Shown piece after piece: positions 1-8,902 of a stretch of DNA of 32,000 nucleotides. A program made the translations under genes and the position numbers. The stretch is from Guillardia theta nucleomorph (lineage: Eukaryota; Protista; Cryptophyta), in the NCBI GenBank assembly GCA_000002975.1, contig AF165818.4:30001-62000 (forward strand), read 5' to 3'. Every line of letters starts with the position of its first letter. Position 1 is the first letter of the stretch. The notes beneath the pieces were generated by a model. It was not told the origin of the DNA. It saw only the letters and a program-made list of their open reading frames with translations, and ran no database searches.

Positions 1-1
1 T

Positions 2-595
2 AGGTTACCGGTTCATTTATACGATACAATATCAGCGATTCGTAAAACTACAAGAAATTTAAATATCGAAATTGGAAGATCACCAACTGAAGAAGAAATT
101 GCAAAAAGAATGGATATGTCAGTTGAAAAACTTAGAAATGTATTACAAAGTGCTCAACCTACGCTCTCTCTCGAAAGACCTTTAAAAAACGACGACGATA
201 CTTCTCAGCTTTCTGATTTTATAGAGGCTGATCAAGAATCACCTGAAGAGCATGTAGAAAAATCAATGCTAAGAGATGATTTAGAAAATGTTATTAATAG
301 TTTGAGTCCTAGAGAAAGAGATGTAGTCCGTATGAGATATGGATTAGATGATGGGAGAATTAAGACGTTAGAAGAAATAGGTCAAATTTTTAGTGTTACA
401 CGTGAAAGAGTAAGGCAGATCGAAGCAAAAGCAATAAGAAAACTGAGACAACCATATAGAAGCTCTATATTAAGAGATTATGTTGCTTCTAATTCAAACG
501 AAAAAAGCTCTGCAATAAATACATCTTACATGACAAACTCTAAACAGATAATTAAAGGAATAAATAACACAAGAGTACTAAAGAAAAAATTTTAA
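2..595 (+). CDS. rpoD: Sigma-70 family RNA polymerase sigma factor (plastid-type), 5'-truncated by the window edge
   Basis: The frame is open from base 2 (RLPVHLYDTISAIRKTTRNLNIEIGRSPTEEEIAKRM), then has region 3 (LSLERPL) and the region 4.2 HTH (TLEEIGQIFSVTRERVRQIEAKAIRKLR). The ATG at 110 is internal. Confidence 0.95.
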   Translation, partial: RLPVHLYDTISAIRKTTRNLNIEIGRSPTEEEIAKRMDMSVEKLRNVLQSAQPTLSLERPLKNDDDTSQLSDFIEADQESPEEHVEKSMLRDDLENVINSLSPRERDVVRMRYGLDDGRIKTLEEIGQIFSVTRERVRQIEAKAIRKLRQPYRSSILRDYVASNSNEKSSAINTSYMTNSKQIIKGINNTRVLKKKF

Positions 596-632
596 TACGA
601 CACCGTGAGAATAGTGTCTGTATCCTTTAACC

Positions 633-2813
633 ATGTTTTTTATATTGCCGAAGCCTGCTCTTAGAGTTTACAAAAATTTTAAAAATATTGTTTTATATGA
701 TAAAAAGAACGTCCATAATTTAAGCAAAAATGGAAAATCAGTTCAAAAATATTACAATAATATTATTTATTTATATAAAAACATTAAAGTTAAAGAAAAA
801 TTTACCAATTTAAAAATAATTTTTTTTCTATTGCTGTTAGTCGACTTAACCATTGGTAATTCAGAAAAAATATTTTTAGATAAAAAAAAAATAAACCTTT
901 CAATGAATGATAATACAATTGTTAAAAATGAAAATGTAAAAAATTACGATATTAAAAATAATTCAAATTTATTATTCATAGATATAACTCCTTTAAATGT
1001 GATTAATGATAAGTTTTATGAAATAATTAAAGAAATGGATCATCATGTATCTAGACCAGTAAAGGACGCTTTAATATTGTTATTAGCAACCGTGTTTGTA
1101 GTGCCGTTAATGAGAAAATTTAACACATCGCCTATCTTGGGATTTTTAGCTGCAGGATTATTTCTTGGACCTAATGGATTTGGATTGGTTCATAGGATAG
1201 GAGCATCTAAAACTCTAGCTGAGTTTGGAGTTGTGTTTTTTCTTTTTGAAATGGGATTAGAATTATCACTTTCTAGATTAAAATCTCTAGGAATGGATGT
1301 GTTTGGTCTGGGGTATCTACAATGGTTAATTACAGGTTTTATCCTAGCGTTCATATCTCTTTGCAACAATGCTTCAATTGAAATTTCATTGGTGATTGGA
1401 TTTGGTTTAGCATTATCAAGCTCTGCTTTTGTCCTTCAATTGTTATCTGAAAGAGGAGAAGTCGGTACAAGATTCGGAAGGGCATCATTTGGAATTCTTT
1501 TATTTCAAGACCTTGCTGTTGTCCCACTTTTGGTTGTTGTCCCACTTTTAGCTACCGGTGGTGGTGATTTCACAAGTCTGATGAATGCTTTAATTCTAGC
1601 AGCAGGAAAAGCTGCAGTAGCCTTAGGTATAATTTTTCTTGGAGGTAGGACTTGTCTAGAACCTGTTTTTAGATTTGGTGCTTCAGCTAAATCTCCAGAA
1701 GCTTTTGTTGCAACAATATTGGTTACAGTCTTAGCTATGTCCACACTAACTGAATCACTGGGATTATCAGATACTTTGGGAGCTTTCTTGGCAGGTGTCC
1801 TCCTTGCGGAAACTAAATATAGACATCAAATCGAAGCTGATATAGCGCCATTTAGAGGCCTATTATTAGGGTTATTTTTCATAACAGTAGGTTTCGGAAT
1901 TGATATTTCTCTAATATCGGGTAACTTTCTTACTGTTATTACGATGCTCATCACATTACTAGTAATTAAAGCATCAATTATAACAACTTTAGGCTTTTTT
2001 TTTGGAATAAATTTTGCAAGTGCACAAAGAACAGGCTTGATTCTTGCTCAAGGAGGAGAATTTGCATTTGTCACTTTCGGTTTAGCTCAAAAAAGTAATC
2101 TAATGTCACCACAATTGTCTCAACTTTTATTTCTAATAGTTGCATTATCAATGGTTATGACACCCTTTCTTGCTACTACTGGATTCAAGATTGCCTCTTC
2201 GATTGAAAGCAAAAGAGGTTTAATGGGAGCAAGGAAAGAAGATATTGCTAACGCAAAAGATTATGTTGTAGTTGCTGGATTCGGAAGAGTTGGTCAATCT
2301 GTCTGTGACTTATTGAATGCTAGATTAATTAGATATATGGCATTCGATATGAATCCAGCTAGAGTTATTGAAGCCAGAAATAAAGGCCTACCAGTATTTT
2401 TTGGTGATGCATGTAGACCAGAAGTACTAAAAGCTGCAGGAATTAAAAACCCAAAAGCTGTAGTAGTAACTCTAGACGATAAAGACGGTGCTAGTAAAGC
2501 AGTAAATGCACTAAGAAGAGAGTACCCTTCTATTCAAATATTTGTAAGAGCTAAAGATGCTAAACATCAAAAGATGCTACAACTTGGTGGAGCTACAGCA
2601 ATCGTTCCAGAGTTATTAGAATCAAGTTTATTACTAGGCGGTGCAGTATTATTATCATACGGGACGCCAATAGAAGAAGTAAACTCATTAATCGAAGAAG
2701 CAAGAAAAAAAACATTAATTGATGCAGGCTTAGATGTGACAGGATTGACAAATTTTTCTTCTCATAACAAAAATGATGACAAAAAATCTGACAATGATTG
2801 TAACGAAAATTAA
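633..2813 (+). CDS. kea1: K+/H+ efflux antiporter (CPA2/KefC-KEA family) with C-terminal KTN/RCK domain and N-terminal presequence; KEA3-like residues
   Basis: Multi-TM core with FEMGLELS, LSSSAFVLQLL, FQDLAVVP and GGEFAFV; Rossmann motif GFGRVG and FFGDA in the KTN domain; about 130 aa N/K-rich N-terminal extension. Confidence 0.93.
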   Translation: MFFILPKPALRVYKNFKNIVLYDKKNVHNLSKNGKSVQKYYNNIIYLYKNIKVKEKFTNLKIIFFLLLLVDLTIGNSEKIFLDKKKINLSMNDNTIVKNENVKNYDIKNNSNLLFIDITPLNVINDKFYEIIKEMDHHVSRPVKDALILLLATVFVVPLMRKFNTSPILGFLAAGLFLGPNGFGLVHRIGASKTLAEFGVVFFLFEMGLELSLSRLKSLGMDVFGLGYLQWLITGFILAFISLCNNASIEISLVIGFGLALSSSAFVLQLLSERGEVGTRFGRASFGILLFQDLAVVPLLVVVPLLATGGGDFTSLMNALILAAGKAAVALGIIFLGGRTCLEPVFRFGASAKSPEAFVATILVTVLAMSTLTESLGLSDTLGAFLAGVLLAETKYRHQIEADIAPFRGLLLGLFFITVGFGIDISLISGNFLTVITMLITLLVIKASIITTLGFFFGINFASAQRTGLILAQGGEFAFVTFGLAQKSNLMSPQLSQLLFLIVALSMVMTPFLATTGFKIASSIESKRGLMGARKEDIANAKDYVVVAGFGRVGQSVCDLLNARLIRYMAFDMNPARVIEARNKGLPVFFGDACRPEVLKAAGIKNPKAVVVTLDDKDGASKAVNALRREYPSIQIFVRAKDAKHQKMLQLGGATAIVPELLESSLLLGGAVLLSYGTPIEEVNSLIEEARKKTLIDAGLDVTGLTNFSSHNKNDDKKSDNDCNEN

Positions 2814-2835
2814 ACATTTTTATAGAACTAGATTT

Positions 2836-2928
2836 GCTATGATGATTTGCTCCTCAACTGTTCGCTTATAAATTCTTGAAAAATTCTACTATAAGAATTA
2901 TTCGTAAGTAATCCTTGGATGTCTGAGC
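2836..2928 (+). ncRNA. U14: Box C/D snoRNA, U14 (snR128/SNORD14) type
   Basis: Box C ATGATGA at 2839-2845 and box D CTGA at 2923-2926. The guide TCCTTGGATGT (2912-2922) is the U14 domain B sequence, antisense to SSU rRNA ACAUCCAAGGA. A domain-A-like CAACTGTTCGCT lies at 2855-2866 and an internal stem at AATTCTT 2871-2877 / AAGAATT 2893-2899. It sits in a 131-bp intergenic gap. Confidence 0.85.
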
Positions 2929-2944
2929 TTTAATTGAATATTTA

Positions 2945-3970
2945 TTACAAAATTTCATACCATTTTCTTTTTTTTTTCAAATAATTACTATTCCAAACAG
3001 TTATATTTGATGGAGTTTTTATACCTTTAGACATTATTTTCCATTCAATAATTTTTTTTTTTTCATTTTTTTTTAATATTTCTTTTTCTTTTATAATAAA
3101 ATTTGATAAATGATTTTCATTATTTTTGTTCATTACAGCTGAATGATTATATATGAAATTATTAGAAGATAAATTTTTTTCATAGGATTTATTAAAATTA
3201 TCAAAAAAAGCTAAATTATATAAAAAAGATAAAATAATAATAACAAATAAAAAAGAATAATAATTTTGATCAGAAATATATTTTTGGAATATGCCAAATG
3301 AATTTAAGTTATTTACGAATATCAAGTTTTCAAAGTTTAATATATTATTTTTAATAAATATATTTTTTTTTCTTTTATAGAAGTATAAAAATGATATGAA
3401 ATAAAATATTCCAAATAAATTCTCTATTAAAATTCTGATTCTTTTTTTTAATTTATGCGGAATTATCAAATATTCTAATATTTTAATTTGATAGCTTATC
3501 TTGAATAAATGAATGAACAACAAAAATAGAAAAAAAAATAGTTGGAATAAGAAATCAAATGTCTTGAAATTTATTAATAATGCAAGAGATATGAAAATTG
3601 TTAAATCCATTAATAAGGATGATAAACTTATCCTAGTATTTACAATATATTTATTATTGACTTTAATTAACAAAATATAAATTAATATTGCTATAACAAC
3701 TTCAAATTCTATAAATAAACATCCTTTCATACATGATAAATTAACATTTTTGTGACTGTTTTTTAGAAAATATATTATAAAAACAAAATTTGTAAATGTT
3801 CTTAGATATATTATAGTGTTATTTTTATTTTGTTGAAGGTTATCATTGGATATTTTTTTTATACAATGAAATTTCGGAAATGTTTTAAGTTTTTGAGAGT
3901 TTCTACTTAAAATTTTGTTATAACTATTGTATCTTGATCTTAATGATGATAGATTGACATTCAATAACAT
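2945..3970 (-). CDS. Hypothetical multi-pass membrane protein (341 aa)
   Basis: Long ORF filling the gap between neighbours, with several hydrophobic stretches. No family recognised. Confidence 0.65.
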   Translation of the reverse strand: MLLNVNLSSLRSRYNSYNKILSRNSQKLKTFPKFHCIKKISNDNLQQNKNNTIIYLRTFTNFVFIIYFLKNSHKNVNLSCMKGCLFIEFEVVIAILIYILLIKVNNKYIVNTRISLSSLLMDLTIFISLALLINFKTFDFLFQLFFFLFLLFIHLFKISYQIKILEYLIIPHKLKKRIRILIENLFGIFYFISFLYFYKRKKNIFIKNNILNFENLIFVNNLNSFGIFQKYISDQNYYSFLFVIIILSFLYNLAFFDNFNKSYEKNLSSNNFIYNHSAVMNKNNENHLSNFIIKEKEILKKNEKKKIIEWKIMSKGIKTPSNITVWNSNYLKKKRKWYEIL

Positions 3971-3991
3971 ATTATAGCTTAATATAATTAT

Positions 3992-4597
3992 TTAATATAT
4001 TATACTTAACAACTTTTGTCCGCCATTTAATCTAGGATAGATTTCATTAAAAAAATAATAAAAATGACCTGCAATAACTCCCATTAAATCTAACTTTAAA
4101 GTCTTTTGTTTGAGTATCCAACTAGATAGCATTAAGATCATAGGCAAACTTGAACCTTTGATATGAATTAGATTAATAAGATTGATTTGTTGTTGAGCAT
4201 TTTTTTTTCCCCATAGATAAACCACCATAAATGTCATCCCTGGTCCTAAAAAGGTTGCTTCTCTACTAAATAATTTCAAAATAATAAGAAATGAATTGCC
4301 TAGTATCAAAATGTATAAATATTCATATGCTTTATTTTGGAAAGAAAAGCTTTCTAAAGCTTTAGAATATCTTGAAAAGAAAAACAGATAAAAAAAGGCC
4401 TTTAAACCGATTTGCCCAAAATAAAATAAATGAGTTACAATTCTCCACAACTGATTATGTTTAATTATTAATTCAAAATTAAATAATAAGTCTAATCCCG
4501 AAAAAAGTTTAGCAAAACTGGCGATATTAAATAAAATTGATATGATAACAAAGGTCCTTGTTACTGGTGGATAATTTTTGATACTATCGATATCCAT
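3992..4597 (-). CDS. der1: Derlin (Der1), rhomboid pseudoprotease; symbiont-specific ERAD-like (SELMA) component
   Basis: PPVTR near the N-terminus, QLWRIVT (WR motif), YSKALES, YLWGKKN, GVIAGHFYYF. Confidence 0.92.
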   Translation of the reverse strand: MDIDSIKNYPPVTRTFVIISILFNIASFAKLFSGLDLLFNFELIIKHNQLWRIVTHLFYFGQIGLKAFFYLFFFSRYSKALESFSFQNKAYEYLYILILGNSFLIILKLFSREATFLGPGMTFMVVYLWGKKNAQQQINLINLIHIKGSSLPMILMLSSWILKQKTLKLDLMGVIAGHFYYFFNEIYPRLNGGQKLLSIIY

Positions 4598-4692
4598 ATA
4601 AATACTTTAGATATATATTTTTAATATTAAAAAAAATACAAGGAATATAAATAAATATTATAATCAAATAGTGAACGTTATTTGGAAAGATA

Positions 4693-7600
4693 TTAAACTA
4701 TTAGTTTGAAAAATTTGAAAAAATTCAATTTTAATGAATTTGTAGAAAATTTTTGATAAAATATTTCAGATTTGCTATTAATATTTATAATATTTGTTGA
4801 AAATTCTGAATTTAATACATTACAACATTTCAAATTATTTTTGTATATTTTATGATCAATTAAGGTGATATTTGAGTCTGTTTTACCTCTGTTGATGTAA
4901 TATGTAAAAGGATCCAAAATACTAATTTTTAATTTTAGAAATGGAAATAAAACATTAGCTATACTGATCAGCTGTCTATGTTTACAATCAAGTTTTATTA
5001 TTTTAACTTCACCCCAGTTATTTGTAATGAATATATAATTTTTTAAGACATTAGCTCTTCTAAAGATTTGTCCTTGTAAATATAACATATTTTTGGTTTG
5101 AATTACCATGTTTTCAAGCTCTATAATTATTATTAAATTTTCGAAAAAAAACAAATATCGATTATCCAAAATTTTTTGAAATAATAATAAATTCTCACGT
5201 AAGCCTGTTATGAAAAGAAAATCGTAGTTCATAATCAAAGAAAAACTATACTCAAACAGTTTCCTCCCTCCAAAATACTTTTTGAAATTTAAAATTTTAT
5301 TAATACAAAAAATAAAAATTTTTGATGATATAGATAATTTTTCATCTACAAAAATTTTTCTGCATTTTTGAAAATAATTGTTATTATAATTAAAACATAG
5401 GGGAATTATAAAGAAATTTTTATTTATCATACAAAATTGGCTAAATATTGAAAATTTAAAATTTTTTTTCAATATTAATAAATCCATCAATGATAAATTA
5501 TTTGATTTTTTTTTGATATATAATTCTTTTTTAAAAACTAAAATTTTGAGATTAGTCCAAAACAATTTATTAGTAAATTCATAGTTAGGAAAAAGATCAG
5601 TGCAATCAAGATTTTTTGAACATATAGATCTAAAATATTGGATAAGAAAAATAAACATAGACTTTTGATCACTTTTTAATGAAAATTTTTTAATGAAAAT
5701 TATTTTTTCATTGGTTTTGATAATATTTTGTTCACTAAAAAAATATTTTCTTTTTTTGTAAATAAAAAGATTTGAACTCTTAAACAATATTAAAAATTTA
5801 CAATTAATTCCAAATTTATTTACATACTTTCTATAAAATATTTTTAATCTATATGGTTTAAATATGTCATTTACTTTCCAAACTTTTTTGCCAATCAAGA
5901 AAAATTCTTTAAAATTATCTTGGTTAAAATATACATCAAATTCTGATAAAAATATTTTTTTGAATTTTTTAATAGATAAATTTATATTATCAATAGTGGT
6001 AATACAAAAAAAACCATTTCCCAATTTAGACATAAAAAAATAGCTTGTTTTATTTGTAGAAATAATTAATGATTTTATTTTATTTTTCTGTGAAAATATC
6101 CTTTTTAACTTCAAATTTAAATCTTCATCAATATTAAAACATTTGACATATCTATCTTTTATTGAAAAAAAAAATAACAGTTTTCTTTTAAGCTCACTAT
6201 TTAAAATTGTAACTCCTTTAATATTGTATAAATAATTGTTTTTAATAATGTATTTTGTAAGCCAAACTAAATTTTCATGATTATCTATATTCAAACTAAC
6301 TAAAAAATAATTATTTAATAATAAGTAAATGTATGTTCCACTATTTTCATTTAAAAAATTACTTATAATTTTCACCGAATCATTACATATCCATTCCTTA
6401 ATAATAAAATATTTCTTGTTTAATATAAGTCTTACTCTATCAATAGTAATTTGAATTAAAAGTTTATAATTTTTTAATTCAATAATTTCTAGAGTTTTTT
6501 GATTATAAATTAATTGATTCAAATAAATTTTTTTAAACTTTTTGTTTTTAAGTAGAAAAGTTTTTATATTTTTATTATTAAAAAATATTGAAATTGAACA
6601 AGCGAACATTCTATTTCCAATGATGCTTAATTTTAAAGGACATCTATTAAAATTTTTTTTTGTCATACAAACATATACTCTATAAAATGAATAAAACTTT
6701 AAATAGAATAAATTTTGACATTTACATAAAATAAGAAAAAATTTTTTTTTCTTAAATTTTTTTACATATATTACTTTAAAATTAAAATATATTATTTTTA
6801 ATTTTTCAAGATTTTTTTCTTTTTCTATTTTATTTGTGCAATCTATTACTTTCGAAAATTTTCCAGTACATACCAATCTATATGTATAAGTTGGACCATT
6901 TTTTTTGTTTATGATTAAAAGACCATTAGGAAGAAACTTCGATTCAGTAGTTAGGATCGAAATTTTTTGTAAAAATTTAGCATTTATTTTAGATAAAAAT
7001 TCAAATCTATTTATTTTTGTAAAAAACAAAAATTTATCAAAGGAGATATAAATCAAAAATATAAATTTTTTTGATACTAGATATGTTAAATCGATAATTG
7101 AATTTTTTTGTATTTTTTTTTCTATTTTTTTACAAGGAAAATTAATAAAAATTTCAAACAAATTATAACAGTCAATCATGATTAAATTTATTTTTGAAAA
7201 AATACATAAAAATAATAGTAATTTCTTACAATTCACCTTCATAAGTTTGAAAGAAGAGTCTTGTAAATTCTTTTCTATTTTCTTTTGAATAATTTCTTTA
7301 AGGTTGATAAATTTATATGAAACCAATAATTTGAGATAAGGTTTACACCTGTGGCCTTCAATTGAAAAAATTCTCGTGTAACGTTGATAATTAACTAATA
7401 CGAGAGAATAATTGAATACAAATTTGTTTAAAATTAAAATATTCCTTTTGATTCTAGGTAAATAATAAAATTTGTCATTTTCGAAGATTGATAAAAATTT
7501 GTATTCTGAAAAATTACTTATTATCAATATTCTGTTTACAATATTTATTTTCATATTATTCAAATCTTTGATATCATTTAAAAACTCACAAATTAACCAA

Positions 7601-7878
7601 TATCTGAAGAAAAATTTATTTTTAATTAAATTAATACATAATAATTGATTTTTATTGTTAATTACTAAAAAATTTTTTTTTATATTACAATAAACAACAT
7701 CTATAATTCTATTTTCAAATTTAATTAATTTTTCAACAGCAAAGATAAATGAAGGTCTAAGTATAACTCGATCGATATAATTCTTTCTTATAAAAAAAAA
7801 ATCAATAATTTCTTTTTTTTCTCCTCTCAGAATCAATGTTTTTTGAATATTTTGTAGAATTTGAATATTTTTTTCCAT
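4693..7878 (-). CDS. Highly divergent SF3B3/Rse1-DDB1-CPSF1 family beta-propeller protein (tentative)
   Basis: 1061-aa beta-rich ORF of the expected size. KTLEII...LIQITIDRVRLI...IIKEW resembles the family motif LVQV.P.GIRHI...VNEW. Confidence 0.55.
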   Translation of the reverse strand: MEKNIQILQNIQKTLILRGEKKEIIDFFFIRKNYIDRVILRPSFIFAVEKLIKFENRIIDVVYCNIKKNFLVINNKNQLLCINLIKNKFFFRYWLICEFLNDIKDLNNMKINIVNRILIISNFSEYKFLSIFENDKFYYLPRIKRNILILNKFVFNYSLVLVNYQRYTRIFSIEGHRCKPYLKLLVSYKFINLKEIIQKKIEKNLQDSSFKLMKVNCKKLLLFLCIFSKINLIMIDCYNLFEIFINFPCKKIEKKIQKNSIIDLTYLVSKKFIFLIYISFDKFLFFTKINRFEFLSKINAKFLQKISILTTESKFLPNGLLIINKKNGPTYTYRLVCTGKFSKVIDCTNKIEKEKNLEKLKIIYFNFKVIYVKKFKKKKFFLILCKCQNLFYLKFYSFYRVYVCMTKKNFNRCPLKLSIIGNRMFACSISIFFNNKNIKTFLLKNKKFKKIYLNQLIYNQKTLEIIELKNYKLLIQITIDRVRLILNKKYFIIKEWICNDSVKIISNFLNENSGTYIYLLLNNYFLVSLNIDNHENLVWLTKYIIKNNYLYNIKGVTILNSELKRKLLFFFSIKDRYVKCFNIDEDLNLKLKRIFSQKNKIKSLIISTNKTSYFFMSKLGNGFFCITTIDNINLSIKKFKKIFLSEFDVYFNQDNFKEFFLIGKKVWKVNDIFKPYRLKIFYRKYVNKFGINCKFLILFKSSNLFIYKKRKYFFSEQNIIKTNEKIIFIKKFSLKSDQKSMFIFLIQYFRSICSKNLDCTDLFPNYEFTNKLFWTNLKILVFKKELYIKKKSNNLSLMDLLILKKNFKFSIFSQFCMINKNFFIIPLCFNYNNNYFQKCRKIFVDEKLSISSKIFIFCINKILNFKKYFGGRKLFEYSFSLIMNYDFLFITGLRENLLLFQKILDNRYLFFFENLIIIIELENMVIQTKNMLYLQGQIFRRANVLKNYIFITNNWGEVKIIKLDCKHRQLISIANVLFPFLKLKISILDPFTYYINRGKTDSNITLIDHKIYKNNLKCCNVLNSEFSTNIININSKSEIFYQKFSTNSLKLNFFKFFKLIV

Positions 7879-7938
7879 ATTTGTTAAAATTTTAAATAGT
7901 CAATATTCTTTAAATTTTAATAACATTAATTTATAAAA

Positions 7939-8415
7939 ATGGATCAAGAACAATATAATATAATCAATGACAATGGTGCATCAGAAACTACACCAATTAA
8001 GGCAGGTAATTGCAAAAAAGGAGGTTTGTTGGTAATAAAAGGGAATCCTTGTAAAATAATTGATATATCAACCTCAAAAACAGGTAAACATGGTCACGCT
8101 AAAGCCATAATTACTGCAGTCGATATTTTTACTGGAAAAAAATATCAAGAAAGTGCTCCTACGTCCCATAATTTAGATCAGCCTAATTTGACAAAGACAG
8201 AATATCAGCTTATTCATATTGAAGAAGATGGATTCGTATCATTAATGGATGAAGATGGAAATATAAGAGAGGACTTATCTTTAGATTTGAAAAATGATGA
8301 AATACATGTAAAAATTAAGAATGAATTTGATCAATCAAAAGAAATTGTTGTTACAGTAATGAAATGTTTACAAAAAGAAAAAATAATATCATTTAAAGAA
8401 AATAATAAAATATAA
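7939..8415 (+). CDS. eif5A: Translation factor eIF5A
   Basis: Hypusination motif STSKTGKHGHAK, plus DIFTGKK and PTSHN. Confidence 0.98.
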   Translation: MDQEQYNIINDNGASETTPIKAGNCKKGGLLVIKGNPCKIIDISTSKTGKHGHAKAIITAVDIFTGKKYQESAPTSHNLDQPNLTKTEYQLIHIEEDGFVSLMDEDGNIREDLSLDLKNDEIHVKIKNEFDQSKEIVVTVMKCLQKEKIISFKENNKI

Positions 8416-8419
8416 TATT

Positions 8420-8842
8420 TTAAACAATACAGCTGCACGCGGATGCAATCTTAGGCCAAATTTCAGACGCTTCTTTAGCAACCGGTCCTAATATTGTAGA
8501 ACCTTTAAGTTCTCCTTTCGGATTTGCAATAATTCCTGCGTTATCTTCGAATGAAATAAACACCCCATTTTTTCTTCTCCATGATTTTCTTTGTCTAACT
8601 ATGATAGCAGTGAGTACTTTTTTTCTTAAATCTGGTTTTCCTTTCTTTACAGTAGCAAGAACCAAATCACCGGGTCCTGCTGAGGGATAGCGATTTAATC
8701 TACCTTTAATTCTTTTAACAGCAATAATATATAAATCTTTAGCACCACTATTATCTGAGCAAGTTATAATAGCACCAACAGGTAAACCTAATGTAGTTCT
8801 GAATTTTCCTCCGATTGCATTCGTTCTATTATTTTTTGACAT
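8420..8842 (-). CDS. rpl23: 60S ribosomal protein L23 (uL14)
   Basis: [41 protein letters not shown]. The ATG is at 8842; the ORF track start at 8848 is a TTG. Confidence 0.97.
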   Translation of the reverse strand: MSKNNRTNAIGGKFRTTLGLPVGAIITCSDNSGAKDLYIIAVKRIKGRLNRYPSAGPGDLVLATVKKGKPDLRKKVLTAIIVRQRKSWRRKNGVFISFEDNAGIIANPKGELKGSTILGPVAKEASEIWPKIASACSCIV

Positions 8843-8902
8843 TAACAATTAATATAAGTAATTCTTAACCACAATGAAATTATCTTACATTTTATTTCAG
8901 GA

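Noticed and set aside
596-660. U6 snRNA call on the minus strand
   Set aside because: ACAGACA rather than ACAGAGA, no AGC triad or ISL, and it overlaps the kea1 start; kept only as a low-interest structure.
1517-1549. Direct repeat TGTTGTCCCACTTTT twice with an 18-nt period
   Set aside because: Encodes VVPLLVVVPLL in a normal KEA transmembrane helix; it is not a mobile or CRISPR repeat.
2773-2791. ATGATGA...CTGA at the end of kea1
   Set aside because: The boxes are only 8 nt apart, inside the CDS, with no recognisable guide.
1351-2817. Short minus-strand ORFs 1351-1545, 1505-1744 and 2593-2817
   Set aside because: Antisense shadows of the well-conserved kea1 CDS, with no motifs.
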